64,000 bases of DNA, taken from Geosiphon pyriformis uo1 (lineage: Eukaryota; Fungi; Glomeromycota). The stretch covers positions 124,001-188,000 of the forward strand of contig JAAOMT010000303.1 of assembly GCA_016748015.1 (NCBI GenBank), read 5' to 3'. Below, piece by piece: positions 23,416 to 36,735 of this stretch. Under the pieces are notes generated by a model. It searched no databases and was not told the origin of the DNA. It was given only the letters and a program-made list of their open reading frames with translations. Both the position numbers and the translations under genes were made by a program. Within the stretch, counting starts at the first letter, position 1. Every line of letters begins with the position of its first letter.

Positions 23416-26400
23416 CCAGTAATTTATCAATCATCCCAGTTCTAAATAATGTATCAACTTCAACAAATTCAAATCCAGCTCTAGAACTTATCTTTTAATA
23501 GAAGCCAAAGACTAAGAATAACTTAAATCTGCCAGAATTAAAGATTAATACACCAACCAATTTCCAGTTTAGTAGCCCAAAAATCTGGATTATAACAGTA
23601 AAATTCAGAAATTAACTACACCCAAAACCCAAATTTACAGAACTATTTAAGTTTTTTATTTACCCCAAAAGACACCAAACTCAACAAACAAGAACCCAAT
23701 TAAATCTAGCTACTTACCAACAACATTTTACCAGCAACCATTATGGAAAATAAATTGTTTGCAGCCATCTTTTTTTTTGAACCTGAAAGCCAATCTCAAC
23801 ATTTCTTTTTAGTAAAGCCATTCTTAATACCAAATTTATTATAACAATATATATATTAATGTTAAAGTCAATGGTCAGTTTATCAAACTGATCCTAAATA
23901 GTAGATTAGCCAGCAGTATTATTACATAACAATTCATAGACCAATTAAACCACCAAGTTGATTGCACTGCCAGTACCAAAATTATTACTGCTGATGAAAC
24001 AACAAAAACACCTATTAGTAAGATTGACAACTTTCTATTTAAAGTCAATGACATTACAGCACTTATCAAAGTTTTTGTTATAAAAGCCACCTAATACTAA
24101 GCACTAATTAATAATAATTAGCTATTCAAAACTAATATCATGTTTAACTGGAATACTCAGGAGCTATAGCTTAATAAAGATGGTCTACAAATACAGGTAT
24201 TTGTCACTTGTGGTTACTTTAAACCAATCACCACTACCCAACCATTAATTGAATTAGAAAAAGAAAAAAAAACCTATCTGAAAAGTGTATTAAGTATTGT
24301 GGATAGAAAAAGACTATAATGAGCTACCACCAATTCTATTGTAGAACAACAAAAAGAAAGAAAAAAAGAAGAACAAATCACAACCCACCACCAATATCAG
24401 CAAAACTGCCAACATTTGGCACACATTATATTTAGTAGACACAAGAAAAAAACCACCTTATATTTCTCTTAAGTATATTGACTACAAAAAAAAGCTTTCA
24501 TCTATAGAAGCTTGGATAGTGCTAGACAAAAACTACTAGATACATATCTTTTATTATTGCAAACCATGCTACTGAAAATGTTTTAGTTACCCAAAATAAC
24601 AAGGAAAATAAAACAATGAATCATGTCTTACTTGTGAAAAAATACTAATTGACAAAAAAATATAGAATAATATTTCTGGTTAAAAAGGAACATATACATA
24701 TTGTATTAATACACAATTCTTATTAGTAACTGGGTAAGCCAAGAAATATCTTTTAATACTACATAGAACTGAGCATTTTTATGCTTAGACAGTTATCCAC
24801 ATAACAAGAACAAAATCTGGTAAATAACAAATGCCAAAGTTGATAATGTTTTGTTTAGTGAAATATTGGTAATCAAAAATAACCCACCAGAATCTGTTAA
24901 AACCATTCTTATTTCCAACTTAGATATATTTATTAATATCTTAAATGATTCAGAATACTTTTATAAATATTACCAAGACTTGACATCCACATAAAAAGAA
25001 CAAGAGCAGTATTTGAAAGAACTAAATACATAATTATATAATTATTGTTTAATTCCATGTAATTTCCAGTATTGTAATAATTGTGATATTATTTACAATT
25101 TACTATCATGCATGATCTATTCAATTTCCAAAGAAGAAGAACCAATCAGCAAATATGCAATAGAATCAGAATTGAAATTTAATTCCAATTCAGACTTTGA
25201 CAATAATAACAACAATAGTTCTAATTCTATCCACTATGACAACAACAATGACAATTCAAATTTTAATTACAATTTTGAACAATATATTGCACTTCCAGAT
25301 CTGTTTATAGAGCAAGAACTAAAATGGTTTAGCAATAATAATAAAAGTATTATACCAAAACATGCACATAATACTGATACAAAATTTAATCTTAAATACT
25401 TAGAAAAAACTTCTATTAGATTAGAACTACATTTGTGCATTAGTATAGATCTGAAAATAGCACTAAAAATTCTGGCAACAACAATAATCCAATTAGCATT
25501 TAGATCTAGTTTAGCAAAAAAAGAAATTAATATTAAAAGAAGAGTAATTGATACAGAATATGTAAAAAATATTATTGTAATGCTATAAAATGATTCAAAA
25601 AAAGATACACAATTAAACCAAATGAAAAGATAACATAGGCAATATTTTTATCTTTGGTCAAAATAGCTTAGTTAGTATTAGTAAAAACAAGGGAAGAATT
25701 AGGGATCACAGCCAGAAGAAAAAATAGATTCTAATTAATAGGTAGAATAGACATATCAGTTAATATGGCAAAAAAAAAACCAATTAATAAGAGAGAAACT
25801 ATCTTCACATATTAACCAGTTTCTATTCTATTATATAACCAGTATATAATAGTTATAGAAAAAAAGATGAAAAACCAACTCCAAATTTTTGAAGTAAAAA
25901 CCAACATTTATAAATCAGAAAAAATTGGAATTTTCAATCTCTACATACTAACCAAGAACTATAAACACATTAAAATCTTTATCTATAATAAACTAGTGTT
26001 ACCAGAAATTTTTGGTCTTTTCTTTTGAATGTTACTAATATCTGTTTGTTGTAAATTCATGACTAAAAGAAGTAGTTAAACCTCCAATAACTGAATTTAT
26101 CTTCAAATTATTGCCTATAATTTGAACTGCTGAGCTTATAAATGGAATAGCCAATTCCTTGTCAGTTACTTTATGTAGTTATATTGTTGTAAATGTCAAC
26201 TTTTTCTCAGGAATTGCTTATTTGGAAGCTTACTAAAAAATGTGTAGTTACTTTGCTGTAAAAAGTCAATTCTTTTACAGGAATCTTGTCTGTAGACTAC
26301 CTTAATGATTATAATAAGAAATAGAATTATGTTAAGAGAAACGTTTTCTATCTAGGCTTGGAGTTACTAACAGATTACTGAAATTAGTAGCTAATCAATT

Positions 26401-28518
26401 TCAAAATATTAGTTGTGTTAAGAGAATTTCAAGTATAATAATCAAAGAATTTGGTTTTTAAATTTTTTATTTTTTATTTGAGATGTGTAAAAGGTGATTT
26501 GTTCTAATTAAAATATCTAAAGTAAAATACTATGATAAGATACTATGAAAAGATACATTTTCTTAAAAAGAAAAGCTCTTCTTTTATACAATTTGTTGTA
26601 GTATTAGTCTTTGAACTTGCATTTTTCTCTTTGCTCTAATTTTGGTGAACTAAAGATACATTTTGGTAAACTACAAGTTATTTCTACAATTATTAATTAT
26701 TTCAGCCAATTTTTATCAATTTTAGCGAATTTTGACTATATTAAATGGTTTAGGATATTGTGTAATTTGATCATCTTAATTTCTATAGTACAAATCAGAT
26801 TATTAATTGAGTAATAATATTTAATAATTTGATTAAATAATAAGTAATAATCGAAATAATAATAATATATGCTAATTAGTAATAAGAATTATGAAGGTAA
26901 TTTCATGCTAATTAATAGTTAAAATTCTACTAGTAATACTGGAAACATCATCAAAATACCAAACAAAACTACTATTAGATACTTAAGTACTGAAGTTGAA
27001 AGCCAATCACAAAACACCATTCCAGATTTTCTACAATTGTACAAATATATAAATATTATATCACAAACAATATACAGATAAGAAAAATGTTATTTGCTTT
27101 AATCAGAACAACTGGAACAAATGAACTTGAGAAACTTAGACCCACTTTAATGTATGTAGTTCAAAATGTTGTTCAATAACTTTATTAATATCTTTGTCAG
27201 CAAAAATAAATTTGGCAGAACTGACATTATTTAACACCAAATCAAGACAAGAGATATAATGTTAATTAAACAAAGAGCATACAAATATTATTAGCAAGTC
27301 ATAAGATTATCTGACAAGAAATTAACTGGATGTTAGATAATAAGTTAATTTAACTATCAATGAGTCTATGGTTATTACCAATGATATTAGTTTAGAAAAA
27401 AAATAGAAAAATCTATTTTTGTGTAGATTATAAAAAACTCAACAGTATAACTTATAAAAACAGCTATTTGACTCTACAAATCCAAGAACTATTCAATGCT
27501 TTTGGAAAAAAAATGGGTTTTAATATTAGACTTAAATAATGATTATTGACAAGTAGTCATAAATTCAGCTGATAAAGAAAAGATAATATTAACCACCAGA
27601 AAAGAGAATTTTAAATTTGATATTATGTCTTTTGGCTTAATGAATGCTCTAGCTATCATTCAATAGTTTATAAAAATTGTTTATACCAGATTACTATAAA
27701 AATCAGTAGTAGTTTACTTAGATAACACCAATATGTTTTTTAAAACATTTAATGATTATTTTCACTACTTGTAACAAGTGTTTAAGAGACTAAAAAGAAC
27801 TAGACTAAAGTTAAACACTACAAAGTGTTTTTTTAACAAAACAGAGCAGAAATTCTTGGAATATATTGTAAGCAAAGATGACATCAAAACAGATCCAAAT
27901 AAAATTGAAATAGTTAAGAACTTTCTAGTACCAACAAATCTCATGGAATTAAGAACATTTTTGGAATTTGCTAAATACTATTACTGTTTTATTCAGAACT
28001 TTTCCAAACTGGTTTAACCACTTTACCAGCTCCAAGCAAAGAAAGTGAAATATGAATGGACTAAAACTTAACAAGTAGCTTTTAACATCTTAAAAAAAAA
28101 GTTTATTCAAGCACCAGTATTAATCTATCCAAATCACAACAAACTGTTTACTATTATTACTAATATATTAGGTTAAGTCTTAAGAGCAGTATTGTCACAA
28201 AAAGGGCCAAATAGAAGAGAATACCCAGTAGTATACACTAGCTAAAACTTAAGTCTAGTTGAAAAGAACTATAAAACTTTAGCACTAAAATATTTAACTA
28301 TCTATTGGGCTATTATTAAATAAAAGAAATATTTAAGTCAAAAGTTTAATGTATAGACTGATTACAAAGAATTAACATTAATCCAAAAGCAAAAATTTGA
28401 AGACAACTGCCATACAAGATAAAAAATAGAACTATTACTATTTAATTATACTGTATATTATAAAAAAAGAAAAAAAAATGGAAATACCAATAGTTTGTCA
28501 TAAATAAAACAAATCTAA
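23416..28518 (+). pseudogene. Gag C-terminus, PR, Cys-rich domain, dUTPase (~25360-25745), RT and RH of copy E/D
   Basis: Colinear with the other copies; ORFs 25112-25588 (dUTPase) and 27778-28017 (RT); many stop codons. Confidence 0.85.
25997..26938. mobile_element. Solo LTR of an unrelated family (family 2) inserted in copy E/D
   Basis: Termini TGTTACCAG...CTAGTAATA form decayed 9-bp inverted ends; TSD CTAG/CTGG; interrupts the IYNN-TGNI motif; a reverse-complement relative lies at 62100-63070. Confidence 0.85.
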
Positions 28519-28548
28519 GAATATTTCAACCCAAAAATATAACAAAAA

Positions 28549-29940
28549 ATAAACACATAAAAATATCAACAACTCTAATATTATATTAATACTTAACAAT
28601 TCAAGAAAAAATTATCTCAAAAAAAACAAAACAACATAAAACAACAAGCAAAATATTTTATTATACATCAAAATATATTATACCAGAAGAACAAAAAATA
28701 TCCAGATTAATTACCCTAAGTAATTACAGAACCAGAAAAAGAAACAATATTATTCAACATGCATTTAGATCTAACAACAAAACATTTTCATAAAGAAGCA
28801 ATCATAGAAAGAACCAAAAGAAAATATTATTGGTTATTAATATATCTAAACATTATTCAATATGTTCAAATTGTAATGTTTGTTAGAAAAGAGAAGGAAC
28901 AAGACTCAGTGAACCACCAAAACCAATTAAAATAGGACAACTATTTGATTGAATTAGAATTAACTTAGTTGGATCATTAATAATAACCAGCAGAGACAAT
29001 TATTATATAACAATAGCTATAAACTATCTTATAAAATAGCCAAAAGTAAAAGCAATTCAAAGAGCAGATACAAAATCTATAGCCAAATTCGTTTATTAAT
29101 ATTTGATTTGTCAATATAAATGTTCAAAAAAATTATTATCAGATCAAAGAACTCACTTTGTAAACAGAACACTAACAGAATTGAGTCAAAGATTTGGAAT
29201 TAAGAGACTATTATTATTATTATATTATCTATAAACAAATAGCTTAGTTAAAAAATTCAACAGAATATTATGTAAAGCAATAGCCAAGATCAGCCAAAAA
29301 AACCAGAACAAATAGAATTTGTATATATCATTAGTACTATTTGCTTATTAAATAATAAAACAAGATATCACGTAAGCAACACTATTTAAACTTGTTTATA
29401 GTAAAACAGCAACATTACTAGTTAAGATAGATATCAACATATATTCAACAGAACCAATAACAGAAGCCAACTTTCAAAGAACATTGCTAAAAAAACATAC
29501 AAATTAAAAGAAACTTTGGAAAACAAAAAATAAAAAGCAGTTAATAATATTTAAAAGTCACAAGAAAAACAAAAAGAATGACATAATAACTAATTATCAA
29601 ATAAACCAGTTATATTCAGGATTAAAGACAAAGTACTCTTATATTGTATCAAAACAAAAAAACAATAGAATAAAAAATTTGACCTCAAATGGGACAAACC
29701 ATTTTACATTGAAAAAATTTTAAGAAATAAAGCTTATAAACTAAGATAAGACAACAAAATCTTAGCTAAAACAGTACATAAAGATAACTAAAATCATATT
29801 ACAATATAGCATCATTATCTACTAGTAATATTTCATAACTGAGAGTACAACAAATACTAATCCAACCAGATGAAATTTTATGAGACCTAAAACCAATCAT
29901 AATCATTAATATAAACACATCAAATCAATCTACATAATAG
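28549..29940 (+). pseudogene. Integrase of copy E/D (start codon decayed ATG>ATA)
   Basis: INT*KYQQL start; KWDKPFYI; ...DLKPIIII end. Confidence 0.8.
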
Positions 29941-29982
29941 TATATAAAGACACAATAAATACATTAACAGCAACAATAAAAA

Positions 29983-30614
29983 ATGAAAATTCCAGACCAA
30001 ATTCACACAATGGCTCAACAATTATTTTAAGCCATAAATCAACAATAATTAGACATAGAAATTGTCATTAACCACCAAACAATTTGCTATCAAAACACAA
30101 AAAGGGAAAAAAAACCCTCATATCAATGATTACAGAACCAAACAAAGTATGAATTAGATAAAATTATAGAAAAAGTAATAAACACTTTTGGAAAAATACC
30201 AAGAATAAGTTCAACAAAAAAACTAACCAAAAAAAACTAAAAGTTATGAATGAAACAACTTCTAATAGCATATTGTTATTATTAGCTAAAACAAAAGCTA
30301 AATATCCAGAATTATATATTAATAAAGCTAAAAAAATATTCAATCAAGAAATAATACAACAGATTAAAAAGTTTATTGGGAAAAAGACAAATTCAAGAAT
30401 ATACATCAAAACAATTTACTGACTATACATCATATTTTAAAACTATCCAGAAATACTATTACATCAAAAAATAGAAACAATAACTATTAACCAGTGAAAA
30501 AAAATGAACAACTCTCAATATAAAGAAATAAAGAACAAAATTAAACAAACAATATTAAAAAGAAAAGTAATAAACTTGATTTAAAACAAAAATTTTGACA
30601 GAGCTCAATATTAA
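29983..30614 (+). pseudogene. ORF3 of copy E/D
   Basis: MKIPDQIHTMAQQLF...AYCYLLA...YPELY...NFDRAQY*, ending just before the PPT and LTR. Confidence 0.7.
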
Positions 30615-30625
30615 AATAAAAATAA

Positions 30626-31544
30626 TATTATTCATACAAAATACAAAGAAAAAAAAACAGATAAGAAAATAGACCAATAGGAGAATAGTACTTAACATAT
30701 AAGCATAATATCAAAAAACTATGGCATATTGCTCAGCAATGTACACATTGCTAGTAAATTATGACATAATACTTAGTAATATGAACAATATTAGTAAATT
30801 AGGACATACTGCTTAGCAATATGAACAATGTCAGTAAATTAAAGCATATTGTTTAAGAAAATATAAGATCTTATAAAACAAGAAATATATATATATAGTG
30901 AGAATATTAAAAACAGAAAAAACAGAATTGATTTGAGAATTCAGTTTATAATTAATACTTACAACCTATTAATTATCTCATACTTTTCTTTTTAAAAAAT
31001 AGTTTTTTACAACTTAAAATAGAATCCAATTACATATCAATAAAATATTAATTACTACTTGAATCCATATTATTACTATTTGATTAAGGAATATTAATCA
31101 TTTTTATTTTATCAACACTCCATGTTAATAGAATTCAATACTTGACCATACTAAACCAATAGCTTTTGATCACAACTATTAATGAAATACTAATTTTTTT
31201 TATTTTTTTTTATTTTTTTTGTTTTGTTTCTTTGTTGTTTACTAAATTGATTAAAAAAATTAAGTATTAAGTAATTTAACATCAAAAATAAGAGTATAGG
31301 ACTCAAAAATTAAAGATGGCTTATCAGAAGAGCACAACTGCCAGAATAAACTGGCCACTACTTTAAAGAAAAAAATTTGATAGAATAACCTTTCTAAAAA
31401 GCTATTAAAACAACCATTAAATTTCTGTCTATTATATAAAAGACTTTACCAAAACCTTTTATATATTAATAACACTATTCAGCTATTAAGCACCAATTAC
31501 AGGTTTGTTATTTGTATTAACACCCCAAATAAATATCTGTAATA
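30626..31544 (+). repeat. 3' LTR of copy E/D
   Basis: Matches 2558-3496 and ends tgtaata. Confidence 0.88.
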
Positions 31545-31548
31545 ATAT

Positions 31549-31690
31549 ATAACTTATAATTATTTAGCAATCCAAGAATTATCTATTGTTTCTAAATGTG
31601 TCTTTTCTGCAGATAAAAATATGATTACAAATATAAGGTCTTACTTAATATTTAAAACTATAAGAGCAGCACAGTGTTTTCAATTATAAA
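31549..31690 (+). pseudogene. hAT transposase dimerisation domain, 3' half
   Basis: ITYNYLAIQELSIVSKCVFSADKNMITNIRSYLIFKTIRAAQCFQL*, a decayed form of MARDYLAI..SSV.SERVFS.GG..IT..RSRL..ETVRA..CL.SW. Confidence 0.75.
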
Positions 31691-31899
31691 TGCAAAAACT
31701 ATTGAAAAAAAAATTAAATAATAATATAGTATAATATAATATTTTTAATAGTCAAATCTAAACATATTTATAATAAACAAATTTTTTATTATTATTGTTT
31801 TAATAAAATATTATCTAATTATTAATTATAATTAAAAATATTAAGATTTTATATATATAATTAAGTTTTTAAGTTAATTAAAATTAATTAAAATTAAAT

Positions 31900-32081
31900 C
31901 TATAAAAAAAAACTTATTTTAAACAAATATTTTTTACATATAAACAATTAATAAATTACTGTTTTTTATCAAACTACTTAATTATATAACAGTTTTATTA
32001 GCACAAAATTTAATATTAGTTAATTATAATTTTTACAAAACTATTGTTTAAGTCTTTTATTAATACTAATATCCATAATAA

Positions 32082-32130
<49 letters not shown>

Positions 32131-33659
32131 ACCAAATTTTGTTTTAAGTTTTATAATCTTTAAATTTAAATTATTAATAAATTTATTAATACTATTTAAT
32201 TTAGTTTAAAAACAAATACATAAATTTTTTAATTCTGTAATTAAAGTTAAAAAACATTAATTAATTAATAATTAATTAAGCCAAAATACTAATAAATTTA
32301 ACAATTAATTTAATCAATAAAATTAAATTACTTATGTTAAATTTTATAAAAACTAAATAAAAATTAATTATAAAATTAATAACAATAACAATAAAAAAAT
32401 AATTAATAAATAACAACAGAAAAAGCTAATAATATAAAAATTTTAGTATATAACTTAATACTAATAAAAAAATTAAAAACTTTTAAAATTATTAATAAAC
32501 TTAAAAAAAAAATTAAAATATTTGTAATAATAACAATATTTAAAAATTTCTTACTAAATATAATATTTATATATAATACTAGTTTTTAAAACAGCAAAAT
32601 TCAAAATCTTTAAAAACTTAAAAGTTAGAATAGTAAAACATTAATAATAATAAAAATTAAAAAAACAAAACTATATAACCAAAAAAAATAATTAACTTGG
32701 TCTTAAAAATTTTAATATTGTTTTTTTTAAATTAATACAAATTAATAAATAAAAACAGCAATAACAAAAAAAATTATTAAAATAAACAATAATATATTAT
32801 TATAAGCTTATAAGTTTAATTTAACCAAAATAATATTACCAAAAATACTTAAGATATTTTTAATATTATTAAAAAATATATTAAAAAAAATATTATAAAA
32901 CACAATAAAAAAAACAGCAAAAGCTATTACAAAAAACTTTATAATTTTAAATAAAATCAAAAAAACAGAATTACTAATAATAATTTTAATAATAATAATC
33001 AAGAAAACTTCAAAAACAAAATTTATACAAAATAATATAATATTGTTTTTTGAAATTAATTTAAGTTTAACAAAACTAGAAAGTAAATAAAACAAAAAAT
33101 TAATAAAAACCAATTTAATTTAAATATAAAATTAAACACTAAAATAAAAATTATTTATTGAAAAAATTTTTAATAACTAAAAATTGTTTTTTAAATACTA
33201 TTAAAAACAATATTAAAAAAAAAATCAATTTGGTTTCTATTTGGTCAGTTTAATCTTTAAGATTAAATAATTTAATAAATTAATTAGTTAAAAACATATT
33301 TAAAAATATGTCTTGTTTTGTTTTTAAAACTAACAATAATTTGTTAAAAAATATTATATATTAATAATATAACTAGCAATTAATTTTGATTTATCTTAAA
33401 AAATGTGTTATAATTATTGCTGTTTATATTAAAAAACTAGATACTATTAAAAAAAATTTATTCAAGATTTTATTTAAAATAATAAAAAAATTTAGAATAA
33501 TAACAATAAATAAGAGTAACTGCTACTATTTTTTAAATCTTTTAGTTATTTTTAAAATAATAATTATGATAATAATAAAAGCAAAAAAACCAATATATTA
33601 ATTAATCTATTATTAAATACTTTAAAGTTTTTAAAAAAAGTAAAAACAATATTAAACTT
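31900..33659 (-). mobile_element. Extremely decayed LINE-like ORF1 copy (homologous to 48060-50410)
   Basis: Antisense ORFs 33386-33601 and 48008-48568 are homologous; the (TTA)n/(TAA)n tract sits at the equivalent position in both copies. Confidence 0.6.
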
Positions 33660-36354
33660 AATTGTCCAATAAGCAAATAGTATTGATGGTATGAACAAAT
33701 CTCATTTATCTTGGTTTTTTTGGCTGAGTTTGGTGATTGCTTTATACAATGTTCTATTAAATCTTTCAACTAAACCGTTTGTTTGTGAATGATATAGTAA
33801 TGATAGTGGCCTTTTAATTTCGAATCTTTGGCTCAATTCTGCTAGTGTTCTGTTTACAAAGTGAGTTCCTTGGTTTGATAATAATTCTTTTGGACATTCA
33901 TGTTGACAAATCAAGTCTTGATAAATGAATTTAGCAATGAATTCTGCATCCACTCTTTGAATTGCTTTTGCTTCTGGCCATTTAGTGAGATAGTCCATGG
34001 CTATTACAATATATTTATTTTCTTTGCTGGTAATTGTTAATGGTCTGATTAAATCAATTCCAATGTAATCAAATGATTGTTCCACTTTGATTGGTCTTAA
34101 TGGCTCACTGGGTTTTGTTCCTTCTCTTCTTTAACAAGCATCACAATTTTGAACATATTGGATAATGTCTGAATACATTGATGGCCAATAGTATTTTTTT
34201 CTGGTCCTTTCTATGGTTGTTTCTTTGTGGAAATGTCTTGTTGTTGGATCTGAGTGCATGTTGAACAGTATTGTTTTTTTCTCTGGCTCTGTAATTACTC
34301 TGGTTGGTTGATCTGGATTTTGTCTATTCTTCTAGTAAAGTATATTTTGATAATTGATAAAATATTTTGATTGTTGTTTGATGTTATTTTGTTTTTTTTG
34401 AGATAACTTTTCCTTGAACTGTTGAGTATTTATATAGTGTTTAAGCTGTTGGTATTTTTGTGTGTTCATCTTTTGTTATATTTTCATTGGATTTGGTTTG
34501 ATTTTGTTATATTTTTGGGTTGAAATGTTTTTATATTTGTCTTATTCGCCACAAACCATCAGTATTTTCATTGTCTTTTTCCTTTTTGTAATGTACTGTA
34601 TAGTTGAATGGTGAAAGTTCTATTTTCCATCTGGCATGACAATTATCTGCAAATTCTTGTTTTTGAATTGAAGTCAATCTTTTGTGATCTGTATATATTT
34701 CAAATTTTTGGTTTAAGTATTCTCTCTATTTGATAACAGCCCAATAGATTGCTAAGTGTTCTAGTGCTGGAATTTCATAGTTCTTTTCCGCTGGGCTTAA
34801 ACTTCTACTGACATAAGCTACTAGATGCTCTCTTCCATCAGGTCTTTTCTGTGATAGTACTGCTCCTAATACTTGACCTGATGCATCAGTAGTAATGATG
34901 AATGGTTTGTTGTGATTTGGATATATCAATATTGGAGCTTAAATAAGCTTTTTTCTCAATATGTCGAATGCTTTTTGTTGAGCTTCAGTCTATTCATACT
35001 TCACATTCTTGGTTTGTAGATGGTGAAGTGGCTAAGCTAGTTTAGAAAAGTCCTTGATAAAGTGGCAATAATAACCTGTAAATTCCAAAAATGTCCTTAG
35101 TTCTGGCAAGTTGATTAATACTGGAAAGTTTTTAATTACTTCAATCTTGTCTGGATCTGTTTTGATTCCATCTTTGCTTACCACATGTTCCAAAAACTTG
35201 AGTTCAGTTTTTCCAAAGAAGTATTTGGTTGCATTTAGCTTCAATCCAGCTCTTCTTAACCTTTTGAATACTTGTTAGAGATGATGCAAATGATCATTGA
35301 ATGTTTTTAAGAACACATTGATGTTATCTAAGTATACAACTACTGATTTCCATAGTAATTCAGTATAGACAATTTCCATGAGCCATTGAAATGTTGCTGA
35401 AGCATTCATCAAGCCAAATGGCATGACTTCAAACTCAAAATTTTCTTCTCTTGTAGTAAATGCTGTTTTTTCTTTGTTGGCTGAATCCATGGCTACTTGT
35501 CAGTAACCACTATTTAAGTCTAGTGTTGAGAACTATTTATTTTCTCCAAAAGCATTGAATAGCTTTTGGATCTTTGGAGTTGGATAGTTATTATCTTTTG
35601 TTACTCCATTCAGTTTCCAATAGTCTACACAAAAGTGGATTTTTCCATTTTTCTTCTGGACTAGTACCATTGATGATGACCATGAACTCATTGATGGCTA
35701 AATTAGCCTATTGTCAAGCATTCAGTTAATTTCTTGACAAATGATCTCATGGCTAGCTGGTGGTACTCTGTATGCTCTTTGTTTTATTGGCATTGTATCT
35801 CCAGTTTTGATCTGATGCTGGATGATATTGGTTCAGCCAAATTCATTTTTGCTGGCAAAGATGTCATTGAAATTGTTGAGTAACATCTTGAATTGTATCT
35901 GTTGAAGTGGATCTAGATTCCCCATGTTTATTTGTTCTAATTGTTCTGGCTGGAGCAGATAACATTCACTTTTTCCATAGATGATTTGTGATGTAATATC
36001 CACATATCCACAAAGCTGTAGAAAATCTGTAATGTAGTTTGGTGGTTGATCCTCAACTTTGGTGGTTAAATATCTAATAATAGTTCTCTTTGGTATTTTG
36101 ATAACACTTCCAGTTGTGTTGTAGATGAGAATTTTGATATTTTTGGGGCTTTTGGCTAATATGTATAGATTAGTAAATCCAATCTCTTCTGATTTGCAAA
36201 TAATGGCTTCTGTTTCAAACAATTGAGCTTGATCTCTTACTTTCTTTTTTATGGCTAACATATACTGGTCATATGGCAGAATGGAAATTGATTGATGAGT
36301 TGAAATAATTTCTTCTTTGTCAATAACCTTTTCCTCTATCATATTAACTAGTAT

Positions 36355-36735
36355 GTCTATTCTACCTGTTGATCTGAATTCCTGTATTCCTCTAACAGTA
36401 ATTTCTGTTTCTTACTGACACTAATTGGGCTATTTTTACCAGAGGTAGGAATATTGCTTGTGCTATCTTTTCGTTTGGCTCTATGATATAGGCTTTTTCA
36501 GAGTTATTTTGTAGCATAACAATGATATTTCTTATGTATCCTGCATCAATTATTCCTCCTCTGATGTTGATTTTTTTTTTCACTAAACTACTCTTAGATG
36601 CTAATTGGACCATGGTTGTTGCTGGAATTTCCAGAGCTATTTTGAGATCAATACAGGTGTGAGAATTTGGTTCCAATTTGATGGCTTCTTTTTCTGGATA
36701 TCTCAGATCAAACCCTGCATCAGTATCTTGCACGT
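36355..36735 (-). pseudogene. dUTPase domain of copy F
   Basis: DAGFDLRYP, LASKSSL, GGIIDAGYIRNI, KIAQAI. Confidence 0.9.

Larger units (their letters stand above)
2558..31544 (+). mobile_element. Outer Ty3/Gypsy element (copy E/D) with both LTRs, hosting the nested insertions; part of gag deleted
   Basis: LTR pair 2558-3496 and 30626-31544 share start (tgttattcatagaaaatacaaag / tattattcatacaaaatacaaag) and body. Flanks ATGT (2554-2557) and ATAT (31545-31548) form a 4-bp TSD with one G>A change. Internal domains run in order from 23416 to 30614. Confidence 0.9.

Noticed and set aside
32808-33601. Hydrophobic I/F/L/K-rich ORFs resembling membrane proteins (also 45204, 46216, 48008, 62330)
   Set aside because: By-products of extreme AT enrichment in decayed TEs, often antisense to the ancestral frame.
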